DNA of 64,000 nt from Botryllus schlosseri (Eukaryota). The notes beneath the pieces were generated by a model. The model saw only the letters and a program-made list of their open reading frames with translations. It did not search any database and had not been told where the DNA came from. The stretch lies in NCBI GenBank assembly GCA_051294905.1, contig CM119384.1, positions 11,098,001-11,162,000 of the forward strand, read 5' to 3'. The translations under genes and the position numbers were made by a program. Positions 25,143 to 40,100 of the stretch are shown here, piece by piece. The stretch's first letter is position 1. Each line of letters starts with the position of its first letter.

Positions 25143-28100
25143 ATGAACGCGTGCAACATATTTACCAAAGCCAGTCATCTTTTATTATGGATATACATCG
25201 TATCGGTCTGCGCATCTTACAGCCACGGTGCTGCTCAGGCGATATCCCCACGCGTAAGCAGGACCAGTCGATTATCTCCCGGGCGGACTGCTTACAACAG
25301 GCGGTACTACAGAAGAACGCTAAGCGATCGACCCACTTACACCATGTTACGAGCGAGATCTAGTAATAACACGCCCTCGTCCCTAACTAGCCGAACTGAG
25401 TCAACAGGAAGAAGGTCGGGCACGTTTCTGCGTCGTGTGCGTATACCGACGTCAGGCAAGACCCCGTACACTGGTCGGAAGTACATAATCACACCTGCGA
25501 GACGTCTTCCGCCTCGCTATAGAAGACGCGATGGTACCGGCAGGCGTGTTATTTTACCTACCCGTCGTAGGTACATTCCGAGGGTAAGAACGTCATCCAC
25601 AACCAAAGCGACCACGACGAGAGTTAAAACCACCACCAAACCAGCGACTATGCAACCTCGAAGAATACCGATCATACGTAAACCTCCGAAAACCACCCCG
25701 GTAACCACGTCCATTCGACCTACACCCACAGAAATCACAACTACTACAAGCACACTCGTAACGACGAGTCGTCGGCAGCAAGCCAGTACTTTACCGCTGT
25801 CAACTGTTGAGCCAAGAACACGTGCCTCGACATCATCAACCCAATCATCTACCACCACTACACAACCGTCCTCGACAGCACCTAGCACAACGACCACCAC
25901 CACTACCAGAACCACGACAACTACTGCCGCGACCACGACAACCGAGCCGTCGCCAGTTACTTTGGCCGAGATTACGGAACAAGATAACAGCAAATCCAGC
26001 ACTGCTTTAGCCACAACCGCAGCTGCCACTACGACACCAATACAGACGAGGCGACGGACCTTGCCGCGTAGACCGATTTTTGCACCCAGGAGGTAAGTCC
26101 GTAACCAACCGTGTATCCGTGATAGTGTCGCTATCCCATTTCTTCGCCCTAATTCACAAAAGCGACCAAATCAGATTTTTAGTTGTTATCACGGTGTGTC
26201 GTGAGACAGCAAAACCGAGTAAACTTTGAAGCGTCCTGTGTAGACGATAGTTGGAACGTGAATGATAAATAATATTCCGTCATGTGTAATTCCAAGTATC
26301 GTGCTCATGAAATATATTCCCACAACGGCCAGGATACAATCGTGAGATAATTCGCTAAGCGCATCAACGAGTGGATAGCAGATAGTGTCACCTGCGAATA
26401 CTTGTGCGTGACTCTTCATCGCTTCTTGAATTACACGATTCTTGATCTGAATCGAGTTTGAAGTCAAGAACCTGTGACATGGCAGATTATATGCTTGATA
26501 AATGCGAAGAATATTCACATGACCTATGGATTTTCAATCCATTTCTGCTCAAGGGGGATACAACATTTTCGTGCGTGCACTTGAATATTTATTTGTAGTC
26601 AAAATCGCTACGTCAATTTTGCACATATATCGACAATATTGTGCGGTAAGACCTTTGTTACACAATGCTAAGTTTCAGAAATTGCCAGAAAACCTGGTAT
26701 TCGATCTGTTTCAACAGCCATACATCTCTTGGGGTAAAGTATAATACGTGTCACATCTCGATCCTGCATGGCATTCCATTTTCTCGCGGCTAGCTAGGGA
26801 ACAATATTTTTGCGAGGGAACACTTTGGCCGTGACGCACACGTAACATGATATCCTTGCGCTAAGAAAAACAAGCAACATGCGATGTCGAGTTGCGATGA
26901 AAATTCGCCATGAATGCATCAATGTCTGTAGGGCCAGAGGTTTATCTGCGTCAACAGAACGGCGCTCAAAGCAAATAAAGTTGTCGCCCTTCGGTTGGAT
27001 TGGGATTCGGTGAAAACGCTCCATTCGCGTCAGTTTTTAAAATGCGACGTTGAAGGAAAACATTGTAGTAATTACGTATCTGTCAATCATACCGGCTTCT
27101 TTAAATGAAGCCGCCAAGATTGTGTGAGTTACGATTGTTATTGATCGCGGGAAGCCGATCCAAATCCATGCAATTCCGGGAAAAAGTGGCATAGGCGGTT
27201 ACGTAAGCTGCCCAACGTGCACCCGAGATTGAATGTGCTTCCAAAACCACAAACTATGCGTTGTATACGTGAGGGATTAATGTTTGTACTGGAGACCGAA
27301 ATAAGCATATCTCGCTCGGTGTCTTGTCCTGTATCTTGGTACCGAAAATGAAAATTGATTCCTTGTTATTCAATGCGCGTGTTTGTGTTTGCCAATACAC
27401 TGATTCAACCAACAATCATAATGCGCGAGTTTGTTAGCGATCAATCCCCGTGATATCTTCTGTAGCGAATGAACAAACTCGCCGTGAAATACCTCTGTTC
27501 TTGTTAAAACTAAAATATATGAGGCGACATCCGACAAACAAGTCACGCTTCTTAGGTCCGATTATTATCATTCGAGATTAAAGGTGGATTGCTCGAAAAA
27601 CGTTATTGAAGCAAAGCTAGCATGTTTCTACTTGACCTGGCACATGTAGCAGGGATATACAGAACCTGTAGTTCTGGCAATACCGCCTTTCGTAATCAAG
27701 TCACAGATACCGGTATGTTACATTGTGCAATGTAAATCCAAGTCATGCCCAACGCTATCTTACTTAGGCTTACCATACGTCCTCTTTTAAGAGGATTTGT
27801 CCTCTTTTTTGACTTTTTTGAAAGTGTCCTCGGAGGACGCCCTTTTGTCCTCTTTTTTGAGATTTTGTCCTCTTTTTTGAAAATTAAGGTCAGATATAGA
27901 GGAAATTGCGAGTGATATGCCGCAAAATAGCGCAGAAGTGAAGCTCCGGCGGGTAATTCGGATGAAAAGCGGTGATTTCAGCTCTGAGCGAAATGAAGAC
28001 CTTTTTTTTTTTTTTTAGTCATCCACCAAGCAATGTGGAGTGAAAAACGTGTTTTTGAGCTCTGAGCGGAAGTGATGACCTTTTTTTTTTTTTTTTTTTA

Positions 28101-31100
28101 GTCAACCGACCGCAAAGTGGGAAAAATTCACCTGTTTTTGGGAATTCTACTCCGGTTTTGTATCTTGCAAATTTCTGAAAAAGTGTCCTCTTTTTGCATA
28201 TTCAAAATATGGTAAGCCTAATCTTACTGGAATCTTGGAATTACTATGTGCGATCTTACCGGATGTTTTTTGTCTGGAAATTTGCGGTAATTTGTCGAGA
28301 ATCTATATGATATTGGGAATGTGTCATCGCGGAACTATCACCTCGGTTCACTGATCATAATTTCTGTCGGCGCCAAAGCGCGTACATGCGGTTTTCTGTT
28401 AAGCACGCAACATCGTGTACGAAGGTGTGCTCTATGGTAATATTTTGAAACATTTTCGAAAGTTTGGTTGCCCCGGAAAATGAGCTGATTGCTGAAGTAT
28501 GCCATCGTTCTTTTCTTTCGTAAATCTTCGCGGGTTGATATGTGCAGGTTTTTTACATATAACTTTGAGAAATGCATGCCCTGCTGCGGTATCTGCAAAT
28601 ATATTGTAAATAAACATTAGTTACATTTGACTCGCAGGATATCGTTTGATATCTGAACTGTTTCTTTCGGTAAATTTGAACGGGAAATGTGCTTATCCTG
28701 GTATGGTAATTGTTGCCTATGAACCTATTATGTAATTTATTTCACGGATGAATGAGTCGAGATCTGCTGTGCTACACTTGAATTTTCAACTTTTAACATG
28801 TTCGGAATACAAGACTGGGATAATAAAACCCGAAGAAATCACCATATACATCGAAAAAAGCGACACAAGGAAATAAAATTCTACTGAATCATATGCGCGT
28901 ATCAACCTTCGCAATCTTTATTTGTTAGTCACTATAGCGGAAGGTCAACACTCAACAGTGACTTCGTGGTCCATGTAATGATTGTAATCCCAAGATATTT
29001 ATATTCCAAATCAAGACTATTCAGACTTCTGAATGGGGCGATTTGGGGGATCAAGTTCGGTACGGTATTGAAGCATTTGTCACGTGGTTGTCCAATGTCC
29101 AATATAGATTTACTTTACTCACTAGGCGGGCAGATTTTGTGTATAGTATCCATACATGATGTATGTATGGTATAGTCAGTGCAATGCATGTCTGACAAAT
29201 TTGTGACATTTAAGATATCCGAAGCTAAATTCAGAAATTCTCAAATCTAAATAAAATGTATGGCTTGCCAGTGTTGATTTTAGACAAATAGTGGTATCCA
29301 AACATACAAGCTCGGCTATAGCCGTAGATAAGAGGTGTAATAAAATATTTCCGGTCAGGTGTTGTATACAATCAATACCACCGTGACCCGAGGTGTACGT
29401 AGACAAACTGTAATTAGCGATGTTTCGAGCTGTGTAATCCTACTAAATGACACTAACGACCTAGATCACTCTTAAGGGCGCTGTATTCGTGATCTGCTCC
29501 TAAAACTGTTGACAATTGTACTAGAAGAGCTTGGTTTCAAGCGACAAATTGTCCCCTACAAATCCACACGATGTGTTTTAAGAGAAGGGATAGAATATAA
29601 GTCGATGATTGTCGCGTAGTTATGACATTTGATCCCGCGATGTTTTAAAATTACGATGTCAGAAGCGATGGACACCTCGTAAATCATAATGGCGACTTGG
29701 TTATAGATTCGGTTGTTATCTTATTCAATATTTAACATCAATGTCGAGAATACCGGAAGTCCTTCTCGTCGAGATAGACGGGGACAATGCCGCGTTGTCA
29801 CCCGCCAAACCCCTACCTAAACATGCTGATGGTGTCTCTATTGACTGGATGCCAAGGTGTATTAGTGTATAATGTCTGCTGCTAGATGGAAATTAATTTA
29901 TGTCTGAAAAGTGAAGTGAACACTCAGTGCGCCGCCGAGACAAATCTAATACCCGTAAAGACGACTTGATGACACATTGCCTTGGCGTTTAGCAAACAAG
30001 CAACGCCGAAATTGCTTCTGTAATTCGCATTTCATCGTATTTGATTTTGTCCTCTCTAAATGGGAAACCTTATCTATTCCAAAGCGTCATGCTCACGGGC
30101 TAAGTAAAATCGATCCATGCATGTTTATTTGTAATCGCATTACGGGTGTTTGTGATGGTAATGTTAATGGAATTTTTGTTCACAATGCCTATATTGGATT
30201 ATTGATTTGGTTAGGCTACCTTTACTCTGCGGATAGGCTACTCATCACCTAACGCTGTAAGAGCGAATAGTATAATAAGTTCGGGTGTGACAACGCAGGT
30301 AACCGGCGCCGCAAGCACAATGACATCATAATTGTTAAAATAGTATGAAATTTATGCTTGATCAGCTTTTGCCTTCAAAACATTCGTACTACAATGCATC
30401 TCGAGATATTCTGCACAATAATAGTTCTAGTATATCGCCAAACTCTGAAAAGGTTTAAAGAGATGACAAGAGTACCGACACCCCACCATATATCGAAACG
30501 CGTTATAAAATAGGATATACAGGTAACATTATTTTACACATTTATGATTGAGGTTCCACTTTCAAGTAAACAATTCTTTCCGACCTCTTTCCCATTACAC
30601 ATTCATTCATACATATCGGAGGATTTCGAAAACCAGTTATAAACAGCAAAGCGGCATCACGTATCGGCCATTGCAAAGGACTCACTTATCTGCCGGGGAT
30701 TATCAGCTGTCATTCGGCAACAGCCTTAGATATAGATAACAGAAGTAAACTGCGCACAAACAGTTGAGTTCATTCATTTCACGTACGAGTTACGTTCGAG
30801 AATGCTGAAATTGTCGGCGGAAGTATTTTGTAAATGTGTATGAAACAGTCGTGTCGTCACGGCCAGATTCCAATCATTTCGTCCCTTGTTATGGTATAAT
30901 GAGGTTGCACACAGTTTGAGATACACAGGATGAAGATATGTGGTTCTATTGATCGAGTTACCTCACATATTCAAAGTTTCGATCGTAGATTTATAATCTA
31001 TATTGATATCCTTGTTGCTTGTGGTACTCCTAATGGGCGCTATATTCACATATTAACATATTTCCATATTAATGAGTATCACGAAACTGACTGAACAACA

Positions 31101-34100
31101 TTCGCTGCTTGTTTTGTCTGACAAAGAAGTGGTAATAAATCCGTAATGGTATCACTTTGATAGCAAGAGTTATTCATGCATAGGAATGTATGTATTGAGA
31201 TTATCATATGCATAGATACTTCGGATGATAATTCTCGGCGCTCAGCATTCAGCAATGTCATTGTACGCATAAGCGATGTACAACTCCGTGTACCCGTACA
31301 GTAGCCCAAGACCCAAAATTGTTTAGGATTCTCAATTGGCGCCTCTTGTGCAGTACGTAATACCGCTTTCAACTTTATATGGGAGCTTTTACAACCGCTA
31401 TTTTGTTTGGCTACGCCGTACTCAGCTGAATCATCGTGTCTAGTAGAAATGTGGATGCTTGTCTTTTTCATCAAATCGACGAGCATTTTAATGAGGCATA
31501 TCTTTGATCTATATCGCTCACTAAAGATGGTGGGTAGGAATTTATCGACGCGGTAGGTCTTCATAACCGGATGAATTTCGTTTTTCGCGGCGTCTCGGTA
31601 CAACGCTGTTGTTCTTAGACAGCTCCCACTATGCAATTCTGGGGTTTAAATACTAATAAGTCTTCACCTTTGCAGGACGCATAAACCGACACAACACAGG
31701 GATCCTTCGAAGAACCTGGATTATTCTTCATCATACTACCATGCCTTGGTTCAGGTGGAACGTCGGCTCGGAGAAATGATCGAAAAGCAGATACAAAGAA
31801 GGTAACGTAGTATCCATACCGGATTACCTTCACAATATGACTGACCTAAACATATGTGTTATGGCTGTGTTGTCGCCTGCCTCTGTGATTATTGTCGTCA
31901 CGGGCTTTACGAATTTGGAATACAATGTGCCGGGATACTTTCGGCGCGTTGGACATAGACATTGTGATGCCAATATATAATCTTGATGTACAGTGGGTAA
32001 ATGCGTGTCAAGGAGAGGTGGTCCTTGGAATTTTTGTTTGAATCGCCTGGTCGCAAATCCTCCAATTCGGTTTTAACACATCAGAGTCATACGCATACAG
32101 TCACGAATGTCACCACTTTGATAATCCCTCTGTTTGTCAGAGTAACTGATGTAGTAGGATACTCTCCAATGCCCCCAACGTCACCACACACAAAGGGGTG
32201 GTTGTATACTACATAGCCCCTTAAAACTTGACCCCATGTGACGGATCGGATTTTTCACGCGAACGCAACACTACAAACATTAATGTCATACATCAAATCG
32301 AGACTGCGGTTTGAAGATTGGGCATTGGGGCAAACACTCGACACGGTTCGCTAATGTCAAGTATTCGAGTCCCGAAACAAAGATTGCTCATACCCTGACT
32401 CACGCGCCCAAATCAGCCACCCATACGTAACAAGATTATTGATTTTTGCCGCGTTAAAGCGAGACCATAAGCTAAATGTGCTATCACTGGCGCTATCTTG
32501 TCGAGTTACACAGTAGCAGTCTGGTATAGTTCAAGATATTTTAAACATACGACGGCTCCGTATGACCCGCAATGTTTGAAAATTGTGTTGCGCATCAGCG
32601 GCGGTCTGTTTATGAATGTATAAATTCCTGAGTTGGTAATGAAAGTAGTCGTCGTTCGTACTCAAGTAGAAGTAGAATCAGCCGAATTCCTAGACATGTC
32701 ACGGCTACTTCAAGTGGAAGTGGAAAATGAATGACCAAAGTACTGAAGTAAGTGTTGTCGAAAAGAAGATTTGGTCGAGGGTTCGATAGTGGCCGCATTC
32801 GAAATTGCAAGGTGCATATTCGCAACGAACGGAAAAATGACGCTAGTACAATTTTCGAAAATATATTCAGCAGTTACTGTGATCGCTATTTCATTGGGTT
32901 CTTACAACTGTTCAGTGAGACAAAGTTATCCCAAAATTACCTATTCAAGTAGAAGTGAAAGTTGTCTAATAAGTAGTATGGGATAAACGTACTTGAGTAC
33001 TTTGAAAATGTATGAGTACTTCGTTACTGACGACCTCTGATAAATTCCGCCACAATAAACAGCCCTGGTAGTATTACATCTTCGTTGCGGGTTATCTGAT
33101 TTAAGGCCGACGCGGTAGTGTCACCTTCCATATAATAACACACGGTGGGTTCCAAACTTCTCCCGAAGTTATCATATCGAGATCAGGGCCGCGCCTTTCT
33201 GCAAATCAAATGACTCATCTTCCGTATTTGGATTACCGCGCGGAGATGCGAGCATTGTTTTAAAATTTTTCAACGCTCATTTCGGCAGCCGCGCGGAAAC
33301 CGACCGCAGGAGACTTTGACTCTTGCGCTGTTCGCTTTGCGACATGATTTACGCGAAACGCGCCTGCTATCTGCGCGAATGCAGCGTAGAGTAATGCGAG
33401 CGTTTCCGACGGAGATAATAATAGCCACGCGAAGGCGTATTCCAGGAAGCAATGTTGCATATTGCGAAACCGTTTGGGGGATAATGCGATGAGTACCTGA
33501 GGGTGAAACGCCTTTATCATTAGTGGGCGTATTGCTTGGTTGAATAAATGTGGCGATGACCCAAGTCACATATGTCACTTGGCGTATACTTCTGGATCCG
33601 GTGTCAAAGATGTGCCCCAGGTCATCGGTAAACGGATACCCAATACCCATCTTTCACACCGAGTTTTAACTGATCGCAGACTTATAAACATTAGTTCTGG
33701 CCTAGTAAAAGCAGCAGACTAAAATTCTATTGGCGCAGAGGTAGCCCACAGAAGGCACTTTAAGTATTCTTGGAACTGGCGGAATAGTACTGAAACAAGC
33801 GGCATGCAGTAGTTTTTGGAATCTCTGAATCTGATTCGTGTTTGTCAATGATCAGTGGTGACATCATGCGAATATTATGCAAAGCATCGTCAGTAACAAT
33901 CGCACGGCAAGAGGAGGTTTTACAAAGTGGTCAGTTTCGAAACTAATTTCAGCTGCAACTGCAATGCAGGAGCTTAGGATTACTGCGTTCATAAAACTAT
34001 GTTGGTCTGCTTGCGAAATAACTAGAATTTGAATTATGAAATTAGTAAAATATAAAGGTGAAGCACTGACGAAACAAACCGTTCCAGTTGAAGCATCCTA

Positions 34101-37100
34101 TTTCCATCTACTCCCTTTACGTAGTAGCATACTTTGTTCCTTATTACGGCTGTTCGATGTCAATTCAATGTAACTGTAACATGTAGCTTATTTCCATCTC
34201 GACTTGAGATCTTTTTGTGTGTCGTTGGCGGAGGCCAGCGGCGGAAGACTATCCCGCAAAACCTGTCGTCACGGTGCGCGAATATCCGCATTTATCGGTG
34301 ACGGATTCGCAATTAGGCGGCGTATGACGCACAGTAATATTTTTGATGTCAGCCCCGAAATGGGATAAGGACGGTTTACAGGGCTTACAAGCACAGTGTA
34401 CGGATAAATCGCTAGTGAATACGAATACGTTAATGCGAGGCAATGCATCTTGAACTGCACGACTCAGTCGGGTAGCGAATCATCCTGTTCTACGTCATTA
34501 TATGCGTGCCCGTGGAATTGTGTTCTAAACCTGTTTTCGTTATCGCAAGACGCAAAATTGCCACACTTCCACGTGCAAGTTTGAGAAGCCTCATCTAAGT
34601 AATTGAGCTCGCCGAGTACCTTATCGTTAATGAACCATACTTGGTTTCAAAGTCTTAAAACCGACTTCCGACGACAGAGGTCTTAATCATCGCGCATATA
34701 CTATTTTATCACTCACAAAGGATGAAATTCACATAGCTACATATTATAGAATATACAAACATACATACACACACATATTTGAATATTTCCAACTGTATCA
34801 GCACTTGTGACCGCGTCTAGTAAGATTCCCTCCCGGTAAGGAAATGATAGCTTATTTTGCGTTTGCTCGTTAATTGACTATGTAAACCGGCTGTCTGTCT
34901 GCTCCTTCATACAGCACTGGTAATCGCAGGATCATACCCTTCAAATTCAAATAGAATACATCAATCCAGATTGTACCCATGATACGCTTCGGTGCAGGAG
35001 TTCTGACTAACCCTTACCGATACTGGTTTTGATAACGGCTAAAATCCGAGATTAGTTCGCGTCGGTACGTGACGCTTGCCATTTCTTTTAGCCGGGAAGA
35101 CTACAGAAATGTATGGAAAGGCATCCTGTCCGTGAAGTCGGACGTGAGAAAAACCGACCACAGTTTCAACGTGATGAAGCGTAATATGACGCACATTTCG
35201 GGCCGGGTCCACACGCAAAACAAGGAGCTGGATAAGTATGTAGTAGATGTATGGTTTGGTATTGAGTAATGCGTCCAGGATGCGTTGTGCGGACTAGAGA
35301 TATTCTCATGTCTAAACAGACTCAATGTACAAAATATGAAACGAAGCCACGAAGTCTCCTGTAATCATGAGGTTCTATGCTGGAAACAGGCTTAATGCAG
35401 TCAAATACTCCAATCAATTGTATAGTCACGTCCGTTTGGCCAGTTTAAACCCCCACAAATTTGTTTGTACTATCAACGCTGGCCATGAGCAGCAGACTAC
35501 AAACTCTATTATATGTATATCTGCAATCTCAGGAAGTTGGTATCTTGCCATTACGGGTCACGGAACAGGCACCTTATCTGTTATTACGTTCAATCTATCC
35601 TGTTCACCCATGGTACAACCCGACAAACTAATAAACAGCGACTTATCTCATCTTTTATGCAATGCAGTTATGTTTACAACCAAACACTAGCCTGTTAACG
35701 AAAATTCTACGCCTTAGTAGACATTAAAAGTCGTTGCTTGGTGAATGATAAAGTCGATACGAGATAATGAATAGGGATAGTTGTATATGTTTCAATCATT
35801 TTATCTAATGACCGTTTTTGATGCACATTTGTCGCGTGATCTTCCGTCATTATAATTCAAAAAGAACGCTGTTGCTCTTCATGAAAACTAAACCAGTCAG
35901 AAACAATTTCATGTGGAAAAAGGCACTCCTATTTCGGTCGAACAATCATATGATTTAAGGTTGTATCCCGAAATTTATATATATATATAAATATAGTCAT
36001 ATTGCGAATGTAACGAAGCAACATCAGATTATTATAATTCAAAGTCGCTGCATGGTTTGGCGTGCGGATACGGCGAAATGAAATTACAGAGATAGACACA
36101 GTCAATTTACCGGCGTAACCGGATTTTAATGATATCATTGTCTGCAATGAGCAGTGAGCACGTGATGTTGAAGCTACGACGATCAAATGATATCCGACCA
36201 CGCTATATTGCGGTTTCGTTTGATATCTTCAAGTATTGGCCAATACCAGCGATTGAGTACTATGAGTAGATTTCGACAAATGGTTATGTAGTGTGGCGTT
36301 TGGCCAGATGTTGACAACAAGTCGTCGAGCTAGCAGTGAAATCTGTTGTAAAATTCGATCAAACAGTGCTGTATGTTTGCCACTTTTACAAGCATTGTTC
36401 ATATCCTCTTGTGCACTTTTTTTTTGTTATCGCTAAAGCTCCATGAGAGTTGATCCCCGAAAATATCACCAGGAGTTATCCATTATCCGTGCCGGTCCTA
36501 CATGTTTTGCCCTAAAAGTGCATCTTAAATCTCCGCGTAGGATCGCATGACTCACACCAGCTTGTATGATACTGTAGACTCAAAGAAGCTCACAAGTGGA
36601 AGATCGATCAGATTGAGACTCACCAAGGAACTCAAGACCGGCAATACTTGAACGTTTATCACGCGTCGAAAAATAATTCCAAACAAATCGAAGGCTTAGC
36701 GGTGAGTATCGGGTAATCGACAACAAACAGTCGTTATGAAATGGCTCGCCCGTGGCTATGTTTCCATCGCAAGGAATTCAAAAGGCCGTGTCTAAACACA
36801 ACCGTGATTAGCCTGACGTAATACTTATCTACTGGCCTTAAAGATGCCAGTTATTGAAAGATGCGACGTGAGTTTGACAGTAATCCCGAACAATCTTGAG
36901 TACTGGAGCGTTCCTCGTACATGATCACAATCACGTATTAAAGTGATACCTATTTGATGGGAATTTGATCGTAAAATTGTGCTCTTTCTTGTGGTTCGCC
37001 TGTGCACGCCACTTGCTTTTGACACTATAAATTCATGCTCAAACTCGTCTGGTATGCTGTGCCATATGGAATTTATAGAGTATAACGATCGTCGTGATAA

Positions 37101-40100
37101 ATTTCGAGAAGAGAAGTTCAAAGGCGGGAAATCCACTCTCGATCCAAACGGCGGGGTGGCACAATGGACAATTTGGACACATCAAGTATTCAAATTCTCT
37201 CTATAAGCAAAACAATTTTAAACATCGAAAATTCAAGCTTATCATAACCGTAATGCTGGACACGCGAATCCAGGCGATAGAAAGATTGATTCATAACTGA
37301 CGAATATCCAATCCATCATAATATTATGACTCGCGACAACGCAAGACACTATAATACAAGCCACTCCATCCACTTATGTCTTCCGTTGAGTAGTATTTGA
37401 CTTGCAACATACTCGGTGAGCTGCGCGATCCGTTTGATCTACCTGTGGGACCACCCCGCCGGGAAGAGTAGAGTAAATATGCATTTCTGAGTGACTTGAT
37501 TTCGGTGTTGGTTAACTTCTTGTTACATTGTTACAAGCAACAAATGCGCACGCGTTTATCACTATTCCGAGTGTTGTGTGGTTTGGCTATGACACGATCG
37601 CACTTTATCCGTCTCCTCGGTGCTGGATTTTCGGACGCGAGCCCACTGAAGTGTCAGCGAACCTACGCAATAATGTGCTTAATTCTGCCTACGCAAACTG
37701 TTATATCAATGTTCCTGTAAGCTGCACGCGTGCGCGGCTGCGCACTGCTGACAATGTCGCCGCGCACAGCAAAACGCGTGCCACGCACAAGAAAGCCGGC
37801 GTGATGACCTTTTTTTAGTCGTTACGCACTGTTGTCCAAGGGACCGCGCAATGAGTTGATGAGTGCGTGCAGACTCCTGAAGTATTAGAGGGAACATTGG
37901 ATGTAATGTACAGCATATGTATGTCATGGGAGTAATAGGCAGAGGTGGTCAGTAACGAAGTACTTCTACTTTTTGAAGTACTTGAAGTAGATTTTGTCTA
38001 CTCCACTCGCACTACTTATTAAGTAGTTATGATTTTAGACTACTTCTACTTCTACTTGACAGTTTTCAGTTTTTCAGGCAAACATAGGCGTAAAATACTT
38101 TCGTACTTACTTACTCGTAAACTGCCATTCCTACTTCTACTTGAGTAGAAATTCCGGTGTTACTTCTACTTCTACTTGAGTGGCGACGGTGAATACTTTG
38201 ACCACCTCCGGTAATAGGACGATCACGAAACCTGCTTTGGCATACCGGATTAACTGGGATCACGCTACACGCCGCGTTCATACCTTCACACTTACAGACC
38301 ATTTTCACACACCAACGTAACCCTAGCAACTCGCTAGTTTTCCATCGAGCATGCCGTTTGTAAACCGTATATTGATGGTATATCGAAGATGGTTCTGGTT
38401 GCAATAAGAGTAAAAATCATAATCGAGATTTTTAAATCGATATAGAATGCGATAGATTCCTCATAAACATTAATTATCTATTATCTATTATGTGTTTATT
38501 GCTCGTTCCAGTGTTCAATCCTGACTCGTATGTGCCATTCAGACGTGCTATGCAGCGCTATATTGTAACCTGCGACGATGGCTACTAGTAGAATAAATTT
38601 TGGCAAGCACCGCTGACTGACTCGGCCTTAGCACACGGTGTAAAAGAGAATAGATTGCGCGGTATAGTGGAGTAGTTTCTGTAGAGTAAATCCAAACCTT
38701 TGCTCCCGGTTAGATGGGTTCAAATATCGGTGCTGACCGTCGGCTAAGTGCGTTAAGTGTCTTAGGTATGACCTCTTCTTTCCTGGTCAAACTGACCGCT
38801 GGGAAAAAACAACATAGCACACAATATCCCACACCAGCAACATCTACTTTAGCTTCTTCTATATTACTTTCAGCCTCGCAGCCTTTGTTTGTCGTGTTAT
38901 CGTTATCGTAAATTATTCTCTATCAAATCCCTTAATTGGGAGGGAATTGCGTATATTACACTAATTGCACGCACCCTACTCATTAACTTTGATTTTCTAC
39001 TAGTTCTCAAGTACTTCAGGGGTTATAGTAAGTCTATGGCCTATTACCAAGCTTACATTATATTTATAGAGCATATACACGAATCATTACCGGAGGAATG
39101 ATCCATTTGCATTCCTATCCTAGGACAAGATGTCTTCCTTGCTGCCCATAGTAGCCGAGATCGCCAGTAAAGTCGACGAATCGAACGAAATGGAGCGGAA
39201 CGAGTTGGACATGTTAAAGACGCACATGAGCGAAAGCTTTGAAATGATGTCCAATCAGATACGAGTGCAACAGAGCACTGTCACTAACCTCGGGGTGAGT
39301 TACGTGACCTGCTAGACCTCCGAGCTTTGGGCAGTTGTAGTTATTGAGAGGGTGTCCGAAAAGAAGGGTTAAAAGTTTTAATCAATTATAGTGACGTCGT
39401 GAAATCAGAATTACGTCACAGTGTTGAAGATTTTAAAATAGTACGGAAAAAATCTATTTCTCCATACTAAAGTGGGGAGATTGAACACCTATTGTATTCT
39501 GGACCTGGCGGTTACCAAAACAACAAAACGGGACGATATTTAAAACTGCTTGGAGGATTACCTACATATGTTTTTTTACGTTTCAGATAATTCTATGATC
39601 GTTGTAAACTCTATGTCTATAAAGTGTTTTGCACATGGATTAATCTGGTGTAGTCCGGGTTTCTCTTCGAGTATACGTTGAGCTTTGATAATTTTCATTT
39701 TCATCGACCACTACCCGGTGACGTATCCTTATTACGTAGCGCAACATAACCAGCAGTGGTGATTGCCTGCAATTTCAAGACCGACCGTTGATACTTTCAG
39801 TTCCACTTCTAGAAGCAGCGGCCACTTCGAATCGCGGTCACTTATTGATATATAGTAATATTTACCGTGCTACTTGAGCGATATATCAAGCACTTGACGC
39901 CCCCGTATTCTTAATCGAAATGATGCGTATACGTCACAGCTGACGTAGATGGACTCGATTAGGCGGGATAGGACCCTGGTTTTCATTATTGCGACTCCAC
40001 TTATATGGGTGTGTGTCCAGTGTCCACTTCATAATTTTGTACACATCAAGTCTGGTTAATCCGAATCTGAATCCGAATATTTTTTCGAACGTGTACATGT

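Noticed and set aside
25517-26029. 170-aa Val-rich antisense ORF
   Set aside because: It is the mirror of ACN (Thr) codons in the mucin exon; such stop-free antisense frames are expected.
31079-31636. 185-aa antisense ORF in FReD intron 1
   Set aside because: No recognisable domain, codon bias or splice context; compatible with chance.
32628-32986. SEA-domain-like reading (VEGSIVAAF) that could have been an exon of the mucin gene
   Set aside because: It lies inside a MITE with a perfect TSD (32628-33039), has stops in all frames and is not needed for the exon chain.
37094-37300. Coiled-coil-looking ORF (LDTRIQAIERLI) as an extra FReD exon
   Set aside because: No suitable donor before the stop, and the flanking exons 36701/39124 already join in phase.
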